Source: Clostridia bacterium (GTDB lineage: Bacteria; Bacillota; Clostridia; Oscillospirales; CAG-272). Taken from it: DNA of 64,000 nucleotides. The notes below the pieces were generated by a model. It made no database searches. It was not told where the DNA came from and saw only the letters and a list, made by a program, of their open reading frames with translations. The stretch covers positions 10,463 through 74,462 of the forward strand of contig JAFTJZ010000085.1 of the NCBI GenBank assembly GCA_017456145.1. Reading direction: 5' to 3'. A program made the translations under genes and the position numbers. Shown here in pieces: positions 38,339 through 49,348 of this stretch; the first letter of the stretch is position 1, and each line of letters starts with the position of its first letter.

Positions 38339-39202
38339 TCAGGACCAGCGTTTCTTCTCCAGCACCTGATAGGTCAGGTAAAGGAAGAACGCGATAAAGG
38401 AAAGATTATAAACGATCGTTCCGATGTCAAAGATGCCGTAATTGAAGTTGGAAAAGCGTCCGAACAAGGACACGCCCGTGAGCACCTCACGGAACATTCC
38501 CTCATAGATCGAGCTGTCCACAAAGAAGATGACCAGCATCGAACCGATCACCACGGCGGCCACCAGTGCACTGATGCGGATATTCTTGGTCAGCGCCCAG
38601 AGCAAGAGCAACGCCAGCAGTGCCAGCACCAGCATCGCGACAAAGGAAACCGTCGCACCGGTGGGGACCAGCAGGGCAATGCTGTCCATCAGATACAGCA
38701 GCAGCACACCGCCGACGCCGATGACCGCAGCTATGATCTGGCTCTCGGTCAACGAGGACAGGAACATACACAGCGCCAGCAGCGCCGCCCCCAGAAGGAA
38801 GAAGGCGAACAAGGAGCAATACGCTGTTGCAAGGTTGACCGTACCGAAAATACTCAGGATCAGCGGATAGATTGCGATCACGCCGCAAGAGATGCCGAAT
38901 ACGGCAAGCATGGCAAGATATTTACCAAGCACGACCTGCGACAGGCTCATCGGAAGAGAATACAGCAGCTGGTCCACGCGACTGCGCTTATCCTCAGCCA
39001 GCGAGCGCATGGCAAGGATCGGCACGGCAAGGATCAGAACGATCTGCATATCTCCCAATGAATACTCAAAATTGGAATACATCAGCAGCAGGTTGTCGAG
39101 TGTATAGAAAATACCCTCAAACAGCAAGATCATGGCAATGAACAGCGGTCCTGTCACATTGCGCATATAAGAAGAAAACTCACGCTTGAAGATCGCACTC
39201 AT
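38339..39202 (-). CDS. ABC-2 type transporter permease
   Basis: A 287-aa protein with six helices. It overlaps the ATPase gene by 4 nt. Confidence 0.8.
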   Translation of the reverse strand: MSAIFKREFSSYMRNVTGPLFIAMILLFEGIFYTLDNLLLMYSNFEYSLGDMQIVLILAVPILAMRSLAEDKRSRVDQLLYSLPMSLSQVVLGKYLAMLAVFGISCGVIAIYPLILSIFGTVNLATAYCSLFAFFLLGAALLALCMFLSSLTESQIIAAVIGVGGVLLLYLMDSIALLVPTGATVSFVAMLVLALLALLLLWALTKNIRISALVAAVVIGSMLVIFFVDSSIYEGMFREVLTGVSLFGRFSNFNYGIFDIGTIVYNLSFIAFFLYLTYQVLEKKRWS

Positions 39203-40227
39203 ACCGTTTCATCCTCCTCACTCTGCTCGTTTTGTGCTGCCTCGGGCTCTGGAGCAGGCATCTGTTCATCACTCGGTGTCTCCTGTGCCTTAGCCGAATC
39301 GGCATCAGTCAGCGTCAGGAAGATTTTCTCCAGCGATTGCTCCTCCAGCTCCATGGTCAGCACCGCATACTTGTGCTCTGCCATGGCAAAGAAGATGGCG
39401 TCACGCAACCCGTCGTTCTCCACACCAACGTCCACGGCGACCTGTCCCTGGGCAGGGGAAGGCAGCAGCTGTACGTTTTGTGCACCCTCGATCTCGGAAA
39501 GTACGGAAAGCACGCCCTCCTCGTCTCCGCGGATGACCAGATGCAACAGCTTTCCCTGTCCCATTCTTTCCTGCAGCTCCTCCTGCGTGCCCGAGGCGAT
39601 CAGCTCGCCCCCGGCAATGACTAAAATTTCGTCGCAGATCTCGCTGATCTCCGAGAGAATATGGCTGGAGATAATGACCGTGCGGCTGTGCCCCAGATGA
39701 CGGATCAGGTCGCGGATCTCGATGATCTGCTTGGGGTCAAGGCCGACCGTCGGCTCGTCCAGAATAATGATCTCGGGATTGCCGAGCATGGCCTGCGCGA
39801 TGCCGACTCTTTGCTTATACCCCTTGGAGAGATTGCGGATCAGGCGATCCTTCATATCCTCAATGCGGGTCAGCTCCATGACCTCTCTGACCTGCCGCGA
39901 TGCGCGATTATGCGCAACGCCCTTGGCCTGTGCGACAAAGGTAAGGTATTCCTCAGGGGTCATCTCGGTGTAAAGAGGCGGCTGCTCGGGCAGATACCCA
40001 ATGCATTTTTTCGCCTCTACGGGGTTGTCGTAAATATCAAAGCCGTTGATGTTGACCGTACCTGCGGTCGGGGCCAGACAGCCCGTCATCATGTTCATGG
40101 TGGTGGATTTTCCCGCGCCGTTCGGGCCGAGCAATCCGTAGATCTTTCCGTTGACGATCTTGAAATTCAAATTCTTGACAGCGTCATGATCGCCATACCG
40201 TTTGGTCAGATTTTTGACCTCAATCAA
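39199..40227 (-). CDS. ABC transporter ATP-binding protein
   Basis: Walker A GLLGPNGAGKST, signature LSKGYKQRV, Walker B IIILDEPTVGLD. Acidic C-terminal tail. Confidence 0.92.
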   Translation of the reverse strand: MIEVKNLTKRYGDHDAVKNLNFKIVNGKIYGLLGPNGAGKSTTMNMMTGCLAPTAGTVNINGFDIYDNPVEAKKCIGYLPEQPPLYTEMTPEEYLTFVAQAKGVAHNRASRQVREVMELTRIEDMKDRLIRNLSKGYKQRVGIAQAMLGNPEIIILDEPTVGLDPKQIIEIRDLIRHLGHSRTVIISSHILSEISEICDEILVIAGGELIASGTQEELQERMGQGKLLHLVIRGDEEGVLSVLSEIEGAQNVQLLPSPAQGQVAVDVGVENDGLRDAIFFAMAEHKYAVLTMELEEQSLEKIFLTLTDADSAKAQETPSDEQMPAPEPEAAQNEQSEEDETV

Positions 40228-40570
40228 AATAATCCCTCCGTTCCGTCATAAAAATGTCGCGCGTTATCCGTCGTTTTGGAACGAACCCGCAACATACCAT
40301 GATAATAATACATGGAAGTTGTGTCATGGATTTGACCTAATTATGAACGTTTGCTGATTTTTGTTCACATTTTTCGATTTTTTTGTGTCCGCATTGTCAA
40401 AGACGCTCACATCGGGCATTTTTTCTGCCGCTATGCGCAGTTTTCGTGTATTTTTTCGTCACTTTAGCGTTATGATAGATAAAGCAGCCTCAAAATCCGC
40501 GTCATACGAGGGTGTTTTGTGAAAAACGTAAAATTGTTTATAAAAATTCCACAAAGTGAGCAAATATCTC

Positions 40571-40599
40571 TTGATTTATCTTAAAAAAAGTGATAGAAT
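40571..40599 (+). promoter_or_regulatory. Putative extended -10 promoter of the glycogen operon
   Basis: TTGATT (40571-40576), a 17-nt spacer ending in TGa, then TAGAAT (40594-40599), 88 nt upstream of glgB. Confidence 0.45.
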
Positions 40600-40687
40600 A
40601 TAATATATATATTATATTTAATGCAAAACGGCGCCGTATCGTGGCGTCGGTCACATCTTTTTCACCGTGAAAGGATGACTTTCCCAT

Positions 40688-42718
40688 ATGAAAACAACCC
40701 ACCAAGAAGGCGAGCTTGCGCCTTATCTGTTCCATCAAGGAACCAACTTCACCGCCTACAGCTACCTCGGCGTTCACCCGTTGTCGGACGGCAGCACGGT
40801 CTTTCGCGTCTGGGCACCCAATGCCGACAGTGTCAGTGTCGTCGGTGATTTCTGCGATTGGAATGTTGGAATCCCAATGTCCCGCATCACCGAGCGCGGC
40901 ATCTGGGAGGTCACAGTAACCTCGGGGCGCCTCCACGCAGGACAGCCTTATAAATACCGTATTCAGAACGGCGGCAAAATTTTACTCAAGGCAGACCCAT
41001 ACGCGAGAGCGACCGAGCTCCCGCCCGCCACAGCCTCCAAGATCCCCGACGAAACGCCTTACGTCTGGCGTGACGACGGTTGGATGGCATATCGCGCCCG
41101 CACCATATCGGACGGCGGGTATTACAAGCAGCCCATCAATATTTATGAGCTGCATCCGCTCTCATGGAAGCTCCATGAGGACGGCTCGTATCTTACCTGG
41201 ATCGAGCTTGCCGAAGAGCTGGCGCCATACGTCAAGCGCATGGGCTACACGCACATTGAGCTGATGCCCGTGATGGAGCATCCCTATGACGGATCATGGG
41301 GCTATCAGGTCTGCTCTTACTTCGCCCCCACCGCGCGACTGGGCTCACCGAACGATTTTCGCGCCTTTATCGACATGATGCATGAGGCCGGGATCGGTGT
41401 CATCCTTGACTGGGTCCCCGCCCACTTCCCCAAGGATGCTCACGGGCTGTATGAGTTCGACGGGCAGCTTTTGTACGAATATCAGGGCGAAGATCGCATG
41501 GAGCACAGCGGCTGGGGCACCCGCTGCTTTGACGTGGGACGGCAGGAGGTACAATCCTTCCTGATCTCCAGCGCCACCTATTGGATCGAGGAATTTCATG
41601 CCGACGGTCTGCGGGTCGACGCAGTAGCATCCATGCTGTATCTGGACTACGACCGCGAGCCCGGCAAGTGGCACCCCAACGTCTACGGCAACAACCGCAA
41701 TCTGGAGGCGATCGCCTTCTTCCAAAAGCTCAACGCCCATCTGCACGGTGCTTATCCCGACGTGCTGACCATCGCCGAGGAATCGGGCGATTTCGGTGGC
41801 GTGACGAGCAGCACGGGGGGCGGTCTGGGCTTTTCGATGAAATGGAACATGGGCTGGATGAACGATACGCTGGCTTATGCCGAGCTGGATCCCATCTACC
41901 GCAAATATCATCACAATAAAACGACGTTTTCTCTGACCTACAGCTTTCACGAGAAATACGTTCTCCCCATTTCGCATGACGAGGTGGTGCACGGAAAGAA
42001 ATCCTTTCTTGACCGTATGCCCGGCACCTATGAGCAAAAGTTTGCGGGGCAGCGCGTCTTCTACGCGTGGCAGATGACCCACCCCGGTAAAAAGCTGACC
42101 TTTATGAGCTCGGAGATCGGACAGTTCCGCGAGTGGGACTACGCGGGCAGCGTCGAGTGGTTTATGACCGATTATCCGATGCACGCCGCAATGCAGCAGT
42201 ATTTCGCAGCCATCAACGCCTTTTATCTGCAAAACCCCGCCCTCTGGCAAAGAGACGACGGCTGGGACGGCTTTGCGTGGGTGGATGCGGATGATGCCGA
42301 GCGCAGCATTCTCTCCTTCCGTCGCAACGGCGACAATGGTGCGGACGAGCTGCTTATCCTGCTCAATTTCACCCCTGTTTTCCGGGAGAACTTCGGGGTC
42401 AACGTACCGCATCCCGGAGAATGGGAGATCGTATTCTGCTCGGACGAACAGCGCTTCGGCGGTCTTGGGCTGTGCCCCATGGAGACCCACACCGCACTGC
42501 CCGCCGCTCCCGACAGCGAGCAGCATTATATCACACTGCCTTTGCCCCCCTTAAGCGCCGTCATTCTTCGCTCTGTACCGACGCCCAAAAAGGCGACGCG
42601 CCGTGCGCCGCGCAAAACAAGCAAAACGGCAGACAGCGCCCCCGCCAAGGCGCAAACCAAGTCACCCCCCGAGGCTGCCACGTCTCGGAGTAGCAATAGA
42701 AAAACAAAACAATCATGA
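40688..42718 (+). CDS. glgB: 1,4-alpha-glucan branching enzyme
   Basis: GH13 motifs [30 protein letters not shown] and SHDEVVHGK. There is an extra Lys/Arg/Ala/Pro-rich C-terminal tail of about 47 aa. Confidence 0.93.
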   Translation: MKTTHQEGELAPYLFHQGTNFTAYSYLGVHPLSDGSTVFRVWAPNADSVSVVGDFCDWNVGIPMSRITERGIWEVTVTSGRLHAGQPYKYRIQNGGKILLKADPYARATELPPATASKIPDETPYVWRDDGWMAYRARTISDGGYYKQPINIYELHPLSWKLHEDGSYLTWIELAEELAPYVKRMGYTHIELMPVMEHPYDGSWGYQVCSYFAPTARLGSPNDFRAFIDMMHEAGIGVILDWVPAHFPKDAHGLYEFDGQLLYEYQGEDRMEHSGWGTRCFDVGRQEVQSFLISSATYWIEEFHADGLRVDAVASMLYLDYDREPGKWHPNVYGNNRNLEAIAFFQKLNAHLHGAYPDVLTIAEESGDFGGVTSSTGGGLGFSMKWNMGWMNDTLAYAELDPIYRKYHHNKTTFSLTYSFHEKYVLPISHDEVVHGKKSFLDRMPGTYEQKFAGQRVFYAWQMTHPGKKLTFMSSEIGQFREWDYAGSVEWFMTDYPMHAAMQQYFAAINAFYLQNPALWQRDDGWDGFAWVDADDAERSILSFRRNGDNGADELLILLNFTPVFRENFGVNVPHPGEWEIVFCSDEQRFGGLGLCPMETHTALPAAPDSEQHYITLPLPPLSAVILRSVPTPKKATRRAPRKTSKTADSAPAKAQTKSPPEAATSRSSNRKTKQS

Positions 42719-42734
42719 TACGGGAGGTATTACC

Positions 42735-43919
42735 ATGAATCAGAAAAAGGAATGTGTTGCCATGCTGCTCGCAGGCGGTCAGGGCAGCCGACTCTACGCA
42801 CTCACCAAGAAAACAGCCAAGCCCGCCGTCCGTTTCGGCGGCAAATACCGCATCATCGACTTCCCTCTTTCCAACTGCATCAACTCCGACATCGATACGG
42901 TCGGTGTGCTGACCCAATATCAGCCCTTGGTGCTCAATGAATATATCGGCAACGGTCTGCCGTGGGATCTGGACCGCAACATCGGCGGTGTCAAGATCCT
43001 TCCCCCCTATCAAGGACAGAACGGCGCGGATTGGTACAAGGGCACCGCCAACGCCATCTATCAGAACATGGAGTTCATCGAGCAGTATAACTGCGACTAC
43101 GTTCTGATCCTTTCGGGCGACCACATCTATAAGATGGACTACGCCAAGATGCTGGATTATCACAAGGCAAAGGGGGCGGACTGCACCATCGCCGTGCTGG
43201 ACGTTCCGCTGGAGGAGGCCAGCCGTTTCGGCATCATGAGCGCCTATGACGACGGCACCATCTACAAGTTCACCGAAAAGCCCAAAAATCCCGACTCCAC
43301 CAAGGCGTCCATGGGCATTTACATCTTCAACAAGAAAAAGCTGTTCGACTATCTGATCGCCGACGAGGCCGACCCGAACAGTGCCAACGACTTCGGCAAG
43401 AATATCATCCCCAATATGCTCGCAGCCGGCGAGAAGATGTTCGCCTACTCCTTTGAGGGGTACTGGAAGGACGTCGGAACCATCTCCTCTCTGTGGGAGG
43501 CCAACATGGATCTGCTCGGCGAAAATCCCGTGCTCGACGTGACCGACACAGACTGGCGCATCTACGCCCGCCATCAGGCCGACGAGCCCCAGATGGTCGG
43601 CAATACCGCCACCATTGACAACGCCTCCATCACCGAGGGCTGCGAGATCTACGGCACGGTCAAAAACAGTGTGCTCGGCTCGGGTGTCAAGGTCATGTAC
43701 GGCGCCTACGTCAAGGACAGCGTCATCATGGGCAACACAACCATCGGTGAGGGTGCTACCGTCAACTACACCATTCTGGACGAGGGTGTGGATATCGGCG
43801 CAGGTGCCAAGATCGGCGAATCTCGTGAGAGCGCAAAAGATATTACCGTCATCGGCACGGGCGTGAAGGTTCCCTCGGGCACCGTCATCCCCGCGGGCGA
43901 GATGATTTCCGAACTGTAA
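42735..43919 (+). CDS. glgC: Glucose-1-phosphate adenylyltransferase
   Basis: [37 protein letters not shown]. Start at MNQKKE, with GGGAGG upstream. The ORF-track N-terminal extension overlaps glgB. Confidence 0.93.
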   Translation: MNQKKECVAMLLAGGQGSRLYALTKKTAKPAVRFGGKYRIIDFPLSNCINSDIDTVGVLTQYQPLVLNEYIGNGLPWDLDRNIGGVKILPPYQGQNGADWYKGTANAIYQNMEFIEQYNCDYVLILSGDHIYKMDYAKMLDYHKAKGADCTIAVLDVPLEEASRFGIMSAYDDGTIYKFTEKPKNPDSTKASMGIYIFNKKKLFDYLIADEADPNSANDFGKNIIPNMLAAGEKMFAYSFEGYWKDVGTISSLWEANMDLLGENPVLDVTDTDWRIYARHQADEPQMVGNTATIDNASITEGCEIYGTVKNSVLGSGVKVMYGAYVKDSVIMGNTTIGEGATVNYTILDEGVDIGAGAKIGESRESAKDITVIGTGVKVPSGTVIPAGEMISEL

Positions 43920-43934
43920 GGAGGACACACAGCT

Positions 43935-45071
43935 ATGAGTACCGCAGGATTGATTTTTTCCAACTTGAATCAGAATAAGCTCGCCGAGATGACCCGCCAG
44001 AGAGTGCTGGCAAGCGTTCCCTTCGGCTGCCGTTATCGCCTCATCGACTTCCCGTTGTCCAACATGGTCAACGCGGGCATCACCAACATCGGCATCGTCA
44101 CCGGCTACAACTATCAGTCGCTGCTCGACCATCTGGGCAACGGCAAGGACTGGGATCTTGCCCGCCGCTCGGGCGGTATCCGCATGATCCCTCCCTACAT
44201 CTCTGCATATGAAAATCCCGCACTGCACAAGATGTACATCTCGCGTCTTGAGGCTATGCTCTCTGCAGCCTCCTTTATCCGCCACTGTCCCGAGGACCAT
44301 ATCGTCATCTCCGACTGTGACGTTGTTTGTAACATTGATATCAGTGCGCTGGTTGACGAGCATAAGAAGAGCGGAGCGCAGATCACCTTCCTCGCCAAGA
44401 CCATGGACGTGCAGCCCGGTCAGATGGATGCGATCGATTTCGTGCTGGAATCCGATGACAACGGCAAAGTCACCCACTTTACCCACTATAAGCCCGGCAC
44501 GACCGGCAAGATGAACGTCTTCGCACAGGTCATGGTTATGGATACCGACTTCCTTCGCAGCATCGTTGATGAGGCGACCGCACAGGGCTTTACCAGCTTT
44601 TACAACGACATCATCCGTCCCAATGCCGACAAGCTGCATATGCACGCCGTTTATACCGACAATTGGTTCGCACAGATGCACTCTCTGGAGCAATATTTCC
44701 GCTATTCCATGCAGCTGCTCGACAATGACGTACGTGCGGATCTGTTCAAGCGTGAGAATCTGCCCGTGCTGACCAAGGTCCGCAACAGCCCTCCCACCCG
44801 TTATCTGCCCGGCGCCAAGGTCTCAGGCTCCCTGATCGCCGACGGCTGTGTCATCGAAGGCACGGTCGAGAATTCCATCCTCTTCCGCGGCGTTCACGTC
44901 GGTCGCGGTGTCGTCATCCGCAACTCCATTCTGATGCAAGGCACCTACGTCGGGGATCATGCGTCGCTGCAGTGCGTCGTTACCGACAAAAACGTGCTCA
45001 TCGGCAACGGCAGAACCCTCTCGGGTCATGAATCCATGCCCTTCTATATCGCCAAGGGCGCACACGTTTGA
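43935..45071 (+). CDS. glgD: Glucose-1-phosphate adenylyltransferase regulatory subunit GlgD
   Basis: A GlgC paralogue lacking the G-rich motif (GLIFSN...VPFGCRYRLIDFPLSNMVNAG). It occupies the Firmicute glgC-glgD position. Confidence 0.88.
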   Translation: MSTAGLIFSNLNQNKLAEMTRQRVLASVPFGCRYRLIDFPLSNMVNAGITNIGIVTGYNYQSLLDHLGNGKDWDLARRSGGIRMIPPYISAYENPALHKMYISRLEAMLSAASFIRHCPEDHIVISDCDVVCNIDISALVDEHKKSGAQITFLAKTMDVQPGQMDAIDFVLESDDNGKVTHFTHYKPGTTGKMNVFAQVMVMDTDFLRSIVDEATAQGFTSFYNDIIRPNADKLHMHAVYTDNWFAQMHSLEQYFRYSMQLLDNDVRADLFKRENLPVLTKVRNSPPTRYLPGAKVSGSLIADGCVIEGTVENSILFRGVHVGRGVVIRNSILMQGTYVGDHASLQCVVTDKNVLIGNGRTLSGHESMPFYIAKGAHV

Positions 45072-45088
45072 TATAAGGAGGTCTCCCC

Positions 45089-46543
45089 ATGGCAAAAGCA
45101 AAAAAGCAAAAAATTCTGTTTGTCGGCGGAGAGGCACTCCCCTTCGCCGCAACGGGCGGTTTGGGTGACGTACTGGGCTCGCTGCCCGCTGCCGTCGCCG
45201 CCGCTGCCCCCGAAAATGACGTCCGTGTGGTCATGCCTCTGTACGCACAGATCGGCAAGATCTGGCGCGAGCAGATGAAGGAAGAGGCCATCTTTACCGT
45301 TCAGCTCGCATGGCGCAACCAGTATTGCGGCGTTTATTCGCTCGTAAAGGACGGCGTAACCTACTACTTTATCGACAACGAATATTACTTCAAGCGCGAC
45401 ACGCTCTACGGCTGCTTTGACGACGGCGAGAGATATGCCTATTTCTGTAAGGCGGTCATGGATATGATGCCCGAGATCAAATTCTATCCGGATGTTCTCC
45501 ATGCACACGACTGGCAGGCAGCACTCTCGGTGGTCTACCTCCACACGCTCTACCGCCGTGCTCCCGGTTATGAGAATATGCGCTCGGTGTTTACCATCCA
45601 CAACATTGAGTATCAGGGAAAATACGATTTCGGCATCCTGCAGGATGTTTTTGCCCTGAACTTTGAGCAATATTCCCTGATGAACTACGGCGGCTGCATC
45701 AATCTGATGAAGGGAGCCATCCAATCGGCGGACATTGTCTCGACCGTCTCTCCCCGCTACGCCGAGGAGATCTGCACGCCCGAATATTCCCACGGTCTGT
45801 ATCATTGTCTGTGCGACAACGCCTATAAGCTGCGCGGCATCCTCAACGGCATCGATTATACCTATTATAATCCCGCCATCGATTCCGTCATCGAGAAGAA
45901 CTTTGACGTAAAGACCATCAAGGGCAAATACGCCAACAAAACCGCCCTTCAGGAAAAGCTCGGGCTGCCCACCGACGAAAAAATTCCTATGCTGGCAATT
46001 ATTTCTCGCCTGGCAGCACACAAAGGTCTTGACTTGATCTCCGAAATCGCGTATAATTTAATGGAGAACAACGACGCGCAGCTGGTGGTGCTGGGCAAGG
46101 GCGAGGCAAGATACGAGCAGTTCTTCCTCTCTCTGCAGCAGCAGTTCCCCGGCAAGGTGCGTGCGCTGATCGAATACGACCGCGACCTCTCCAAGCGCAT
46201 CTACGCCGCCTGCGACATCTTCCTGATGCCCTCCAAGAGCGAGCCTTGCGGACTTTCACAGATGATCGCCTCCCGCTATGGTGCCATTCCCGTCACTCGC
46301 GAAACGGGCGGTCTGTACGACTCCATCAAGGGCTATTATGAGGCGGACGGCGAGGTCATCGGCAACGGCTTTACCTTTGCCAATTACTCGGCAGATGAAT
46401 TGCGCGAGAGATGCGAGGCAGCCATCGCTCTGTATCATCGCCCCCGCAAGCGCCGTGCGCTGATCGAGAAAATCATGAATACCGACTTCTCCTGGAACGT
46501 CTCGGCCAACAGCTATCTCGATATGTATCGAACGCTCCTGTAA
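45089..46543 (+). CDS. glgA: Glycogen synthase (ADP-glucose type)
   Basis: ILFVGGEALPFAATGGLGDV and HAHDWQAAL, with a GT5 C-terminal domain. Confidence 0.93.
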   Translation: MAKAKKQKILFVGGEALPFAATGGLGDVLGSLPAAVAAAAPENDVRVVMPLYAQIGKIWREQMKEEAIFTVQLAWRNQYCGVYSLVKDGVTYYFIDNEYYFKRDTLYGCFDDGERYAYFCKAVMDMMPEIKFYPDVLHAHDWQAALSVVYLHTLYRRAPGYENMRSVFTIHNIEYQGKYDFGILQDVFALNFEQYSLMNYGGCINLMKGAIQSADIVSTVSPRYAEEICTPEYSHGLYHCLCDNAYKLRGILNGIDYTYYNPAIDSVIEKNFDVKTIKGKYANKTALQEKLGLPTDEKIPMLAIISRLAAHKGLDLISEIAYNLMENNDAQLVVLGKGEARYEQFFLSLQQQFPGKVRALIEYDRDLSKRIYAACDIFLMPSKSEPCGLSQMIASRYGAIPVTRETGGLYDSIKGYYEADGEVIGNGFTFANYSADELRERCEAAIALYHRPRKRRALIEKIMNTDFSWNVSANSYLDMYRTLL

Positions 46544-46595
46544 GCATCAATTACGTCACTATTTTTCACCCCATATAAGAAAGGTTATTATCTCA

Positions 46596-49028
46596 ATGAA
46601 CAGCAACTCCCAAAGTGCCAACGAAATCAAAAAGAATTTAGAGGATAAGCTCTCCCGCTACTTCGGCTGCACCGCATCCGAGGCAACCCGCGAGCAGATG
46701 TACAAAGCCACCGCCATGACCGTGCGCGATATGCTCACAGCCAAGCGCGGAGATTACAAAAAGAAGGTCAACCGCGCAGGCGGAAAGCGCGTGTACTATA
46801 TGTGCATGGAATTTCTGCTGGGGCGCTCACTGCGCACCAATCTGTGTAACTTAGGTCTTGACAAGGATTACGCCCTGGCGCTCTCCTCGCTCGGCTTTGC
46901 GCTGGACGATCTGTATGAGTGTGAGCCCGACGCAGGTCTTGGCAACGGCGGACTTGGTCGTCTTGCCGCCTGCTTTATGGACTCCCTGTCCTCTCTTGAC
47001 TACCCCGCGACCGGCTTTTCCATCTGTTATGAGTACGGTCTGTTCCGCCAGAAGATCATTGACGGTACCCAGCTTGAGATGCCCGACGTCTGGCTGCCCG
47101 GTGGCGAGGTCTGGCTGACCCCCCGCACCGACCGCATCTTCAAGGTCCGTTTTGGCGGTCACATCAAGGAAGTCTGGAAGGACGGACACCTTGAGATTCT
47201 TTACGAGGACTGCGAGGAGATCGAGGCTGTTCCCTACGACATGATGATCTCCGGCGCGGACAGTGAGGCAGTCAGTCAGCTGAGACTGTGGCGCGCGCGC
47301 GACATTCAGAACTTCAACATGAGCCTGTTCACGCAGGGTCAGTACACACGTGCACTGGAGGAGGCGACCAACGCCGAGGTCATTTGCAAGGTGCTCTACC
47401 CCTCCGACAACCACGTGGAAGGCAAGCTGCTCCGTCTGACGCAGCAGTATTTCCTTGTCAGCGCCTCCTGCCAGAGCATCATCCGCGACCACATGGCGGT
47501 CTATGGAACGCTGGAGAATCTGCCCGACAAGGTCGCCATCCATATCAACGACACCCATCCCGCACTCTGCATCCCCGAGCTGATGCGCATTTTCATCGAC
47601 GATTACTTCTATTCTTGGGATAAGGCGTGGAGCATGGTACAGCGCATCGTGTCCTATACCAACCACACCGTCATGCCTGAGGCACTGGAAACCTGGAGTG
47701 AGGATCTGTTTGGTCTGCGTCTGCCCCGTATTCATTCCATTGTCAAGGAGATCAACGAGAGATTCTGCCGCGAGGCTTGGCAGGCGTTCCCCGGCAACTG
47801 GGATCGCATCTCCAAGATGAGCGTCATCGGCTACGGTCAGGTGCGTATGGCAAATCTGTCTGTGATCGGCTCCCATTCGATCAACGGCGTTTCCAAGCTG
47901 CATTCCTCCATTCTCAAGGATTCTACCTTCCGCGATTTCTATCGGATGTATCCCACCCGCTTTGACAACGTCACCAACGGCATCGCACATCGCCGCTGGC
48001 TGTGCTACTCCAACCCCGCGCTTGCCGGTCTGATCGAGGATTGCATCGGCGACGATTATCGCAAGCAACCCGAAAAACTGGAAGAGCTTGCCGCCTTTGC
48101 CGACAATGCCGAGGTGCTGGAGAGATTGCGCGGCATCAAGCATCAGAACAAGATTAATTTCTCCAACCTTCTTTACCGCAAGACAGGTCAGCGCATCGAC
48201 ACCCACTCGGTCTTTGACGTGCAGATCAAGAGATTGCACGAATACAAGCGTCAGCTGCTCAATGCACTCAATATCATTGGTCTGTATCTCAAGCTGCGGG
48301 ATGACCCCGACATGGAGATGCAGCCGCAGACCTTCCTCTTCGGTGCCAAGGCTGCTCCCGGCTACACCATGGCAAAGCAGATCATCAAGCTGCTGTGCTA
48401 TATCAGCCGCGACATTGAGCAGCATCCCCGCATCCGCGAAAAGCTCAACGTCATCTTCCTTGAGGATTACAACGTCAGCTTGGCAGAGGCGCTCATCCCC
48501 AGTGCCGAGATCAGCGAGCAGATCTCGCTGGCGGGCAAGGAGGCAAGCGGCACCGGCTGCATGAAACTGATGATGAACGGTGCCTTGACCATCGGTACGC
48601 TGGACGGTGCCAACGTCGAGATGCAGGCAGCCGCAGGTGCGGACAATATGTTCATCTTCGGTCTGACGGCACAGGAGGTCGACAACCTTTGGCTGCGCGG
48701 CTATCGCTCCGCAGAATTCTATGCCAACAACAATCTGCTCACCCGTATCGTCAATCAGCTCAACGTGGGCTTTGCGGGCGAGTCGTTTGCGGATATCGCA
48801 TCGTATCTGCTCTCGGGTGAACGCGGCATCGCCGATCCCTTTATGTGCCTTGCCGACTTTGAGTCCTACCGCATGACGCATCAGAGCATGATCGACGCCT
48901 ACGCCGACAAGACACACTGGAACCGTATGTCTCTGCTCAACATCGCCGCCTCGGGACAGTTCGCCGCCGACCGCAGCATCGAGGAGTACGCACAACGCAT
49001 CTGGAATCTGAAGAAGATTTCGAAGTAA
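46596..49028 (+). CDS. glgP: Glycogen/maltodextrin phosphorylase
   Basis: PLP-site motif ISLAGKEASGTGCMKLMMNGALTIGTLDGANVE. 810 aa. Confidence 0.93.
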   Translation: MNSNSQSANEIKKNLEDKLSRYFGCTASEATREQMYKATAMTVRDMLTAKRGDYKKKVNRAGGKRVYYMCMEFLLGRSLRTNLCNLGLDKDYALALSSLGFALDDLYECEPDAGLGNGGLGRLAACFMDSLSSLDYPATGFSICYEYGLFRQKIIDGTQLEMPDVWLPGGEVWLTPRTDRIFKVRFGGHIKEVWKDGHLEILYEDCEEIEAVPYDMMISGADSEAVSQLRLWRARDIQNFNMSLFTQGQYTRALEEATNAEVICKVLYPSDNHVEGKLLRLTQQYFLVSASCQSIIRDHMAVYGTLENLPDKVAIHINDTHPALCIPELMRIFIDDYFYSWDKAWSMVQRIVSYTNHTVMPEALETWSEDLFGLRLPRIHSIVKEINERFCREAWQAFPGNWDRISKMSVIGYGQVRMANLSVIGSHSINGVSKLHSSILKDSTFRDFYRMYPTRFDNVTNGIAHRRWLCYSNPALAGLIEDCIGDDYRKQPEKLEELAAFADNAEVLERLRGIKHQNKINFSNLLYRKTGQRIDTHSVFDVQIKRLHEYKRQLLNALNIIGLYLKLRDDPDMEMQPQTFLFGAKAAPGYTMAKQIIKLLCYISRDIEQHPRIREKLNVIFLEDYNVSLAEALIPSAEISEQISLAGKEASGTGCMKLMMNGALTIGTLDGANVEMQAAAGADNMFIFGLTAQEVDNLWLRGYRSAEFYANNNLLTRIVNQLNVGFAGESFADIASYLLSGERGIADPFMCLADFESYRMTHQSMIDAYADKTHWNRMSLLNIAASGQFAADRSIEEYAQRIWNLKKISK

Positions 49029-49038
49029 TGGAAGTTTT

Positions 49039-49095
49039 GCGAGAGGAAACTTTTGTGTACAAAAGTTTCCCCTCGCGCTCCCCTTCAAAAAACTT
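49039..49095 (+). repeat. Structured intergenic repeat, family 2, copy b
   Basis: GCGAGAGGAAACTTTTGT-GT-ACAAAAGTTTCCCCTCGC followed by GCTCCCCTTCAAAAAACTT. It starts 11 nt after the glgP stop. Relative to copy a it has one compensatory G:C to A:T stem change. Confidence 0.8.
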
Positions 49096-49280
49096 AAAAA
49101 AATTTCAGGCAAAATTCGATGCTTTTGCATCCTATATAAGCATATAAGCATAGAAAAAACCCATGTGGGGCCCCTCCCCCACAAGATAACAAAATTATGC
49201 TGAATAAAGGAATAGCAGCGAAGCGTACGTACTGAAAAATCCAGTCCCACACGTGCAGAATACGCACAAACCGGGGGATA

Positions 49281-49348
49281 CCTAAGGGGAGTGGACTCCC
49301 CTTAGGCACGTTTTCTTTGGTTCGTTTCTTTGGGGTGAGCCAAAGAAA
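49281..49348. repeat. Additional palindromic units in the glgP-GH13 spacer
   Basis: CCTAAGGGGAGT-GG-ACTCCCCTTAGG (49281-49306) and TTTCTTTGG-ggtgag-CCAAAGAAA (49325-49348). Confidence 0.6.

Noticed and set aside
42561-44693. A 710-aa minus-strand ORF opposite glgC/glgD. Similar long antisense ORFs occur at 46851-49250, 45044-46021, 20772-22106, 23747-25162, 27380-28450 and 50224-51372.
   Set aside because: These are typical stop-poor shadow frames of high-GC coding DNA. Every one lies opposite a gene with unmistakable family motifs, and their own translations have no recognisable motifs.
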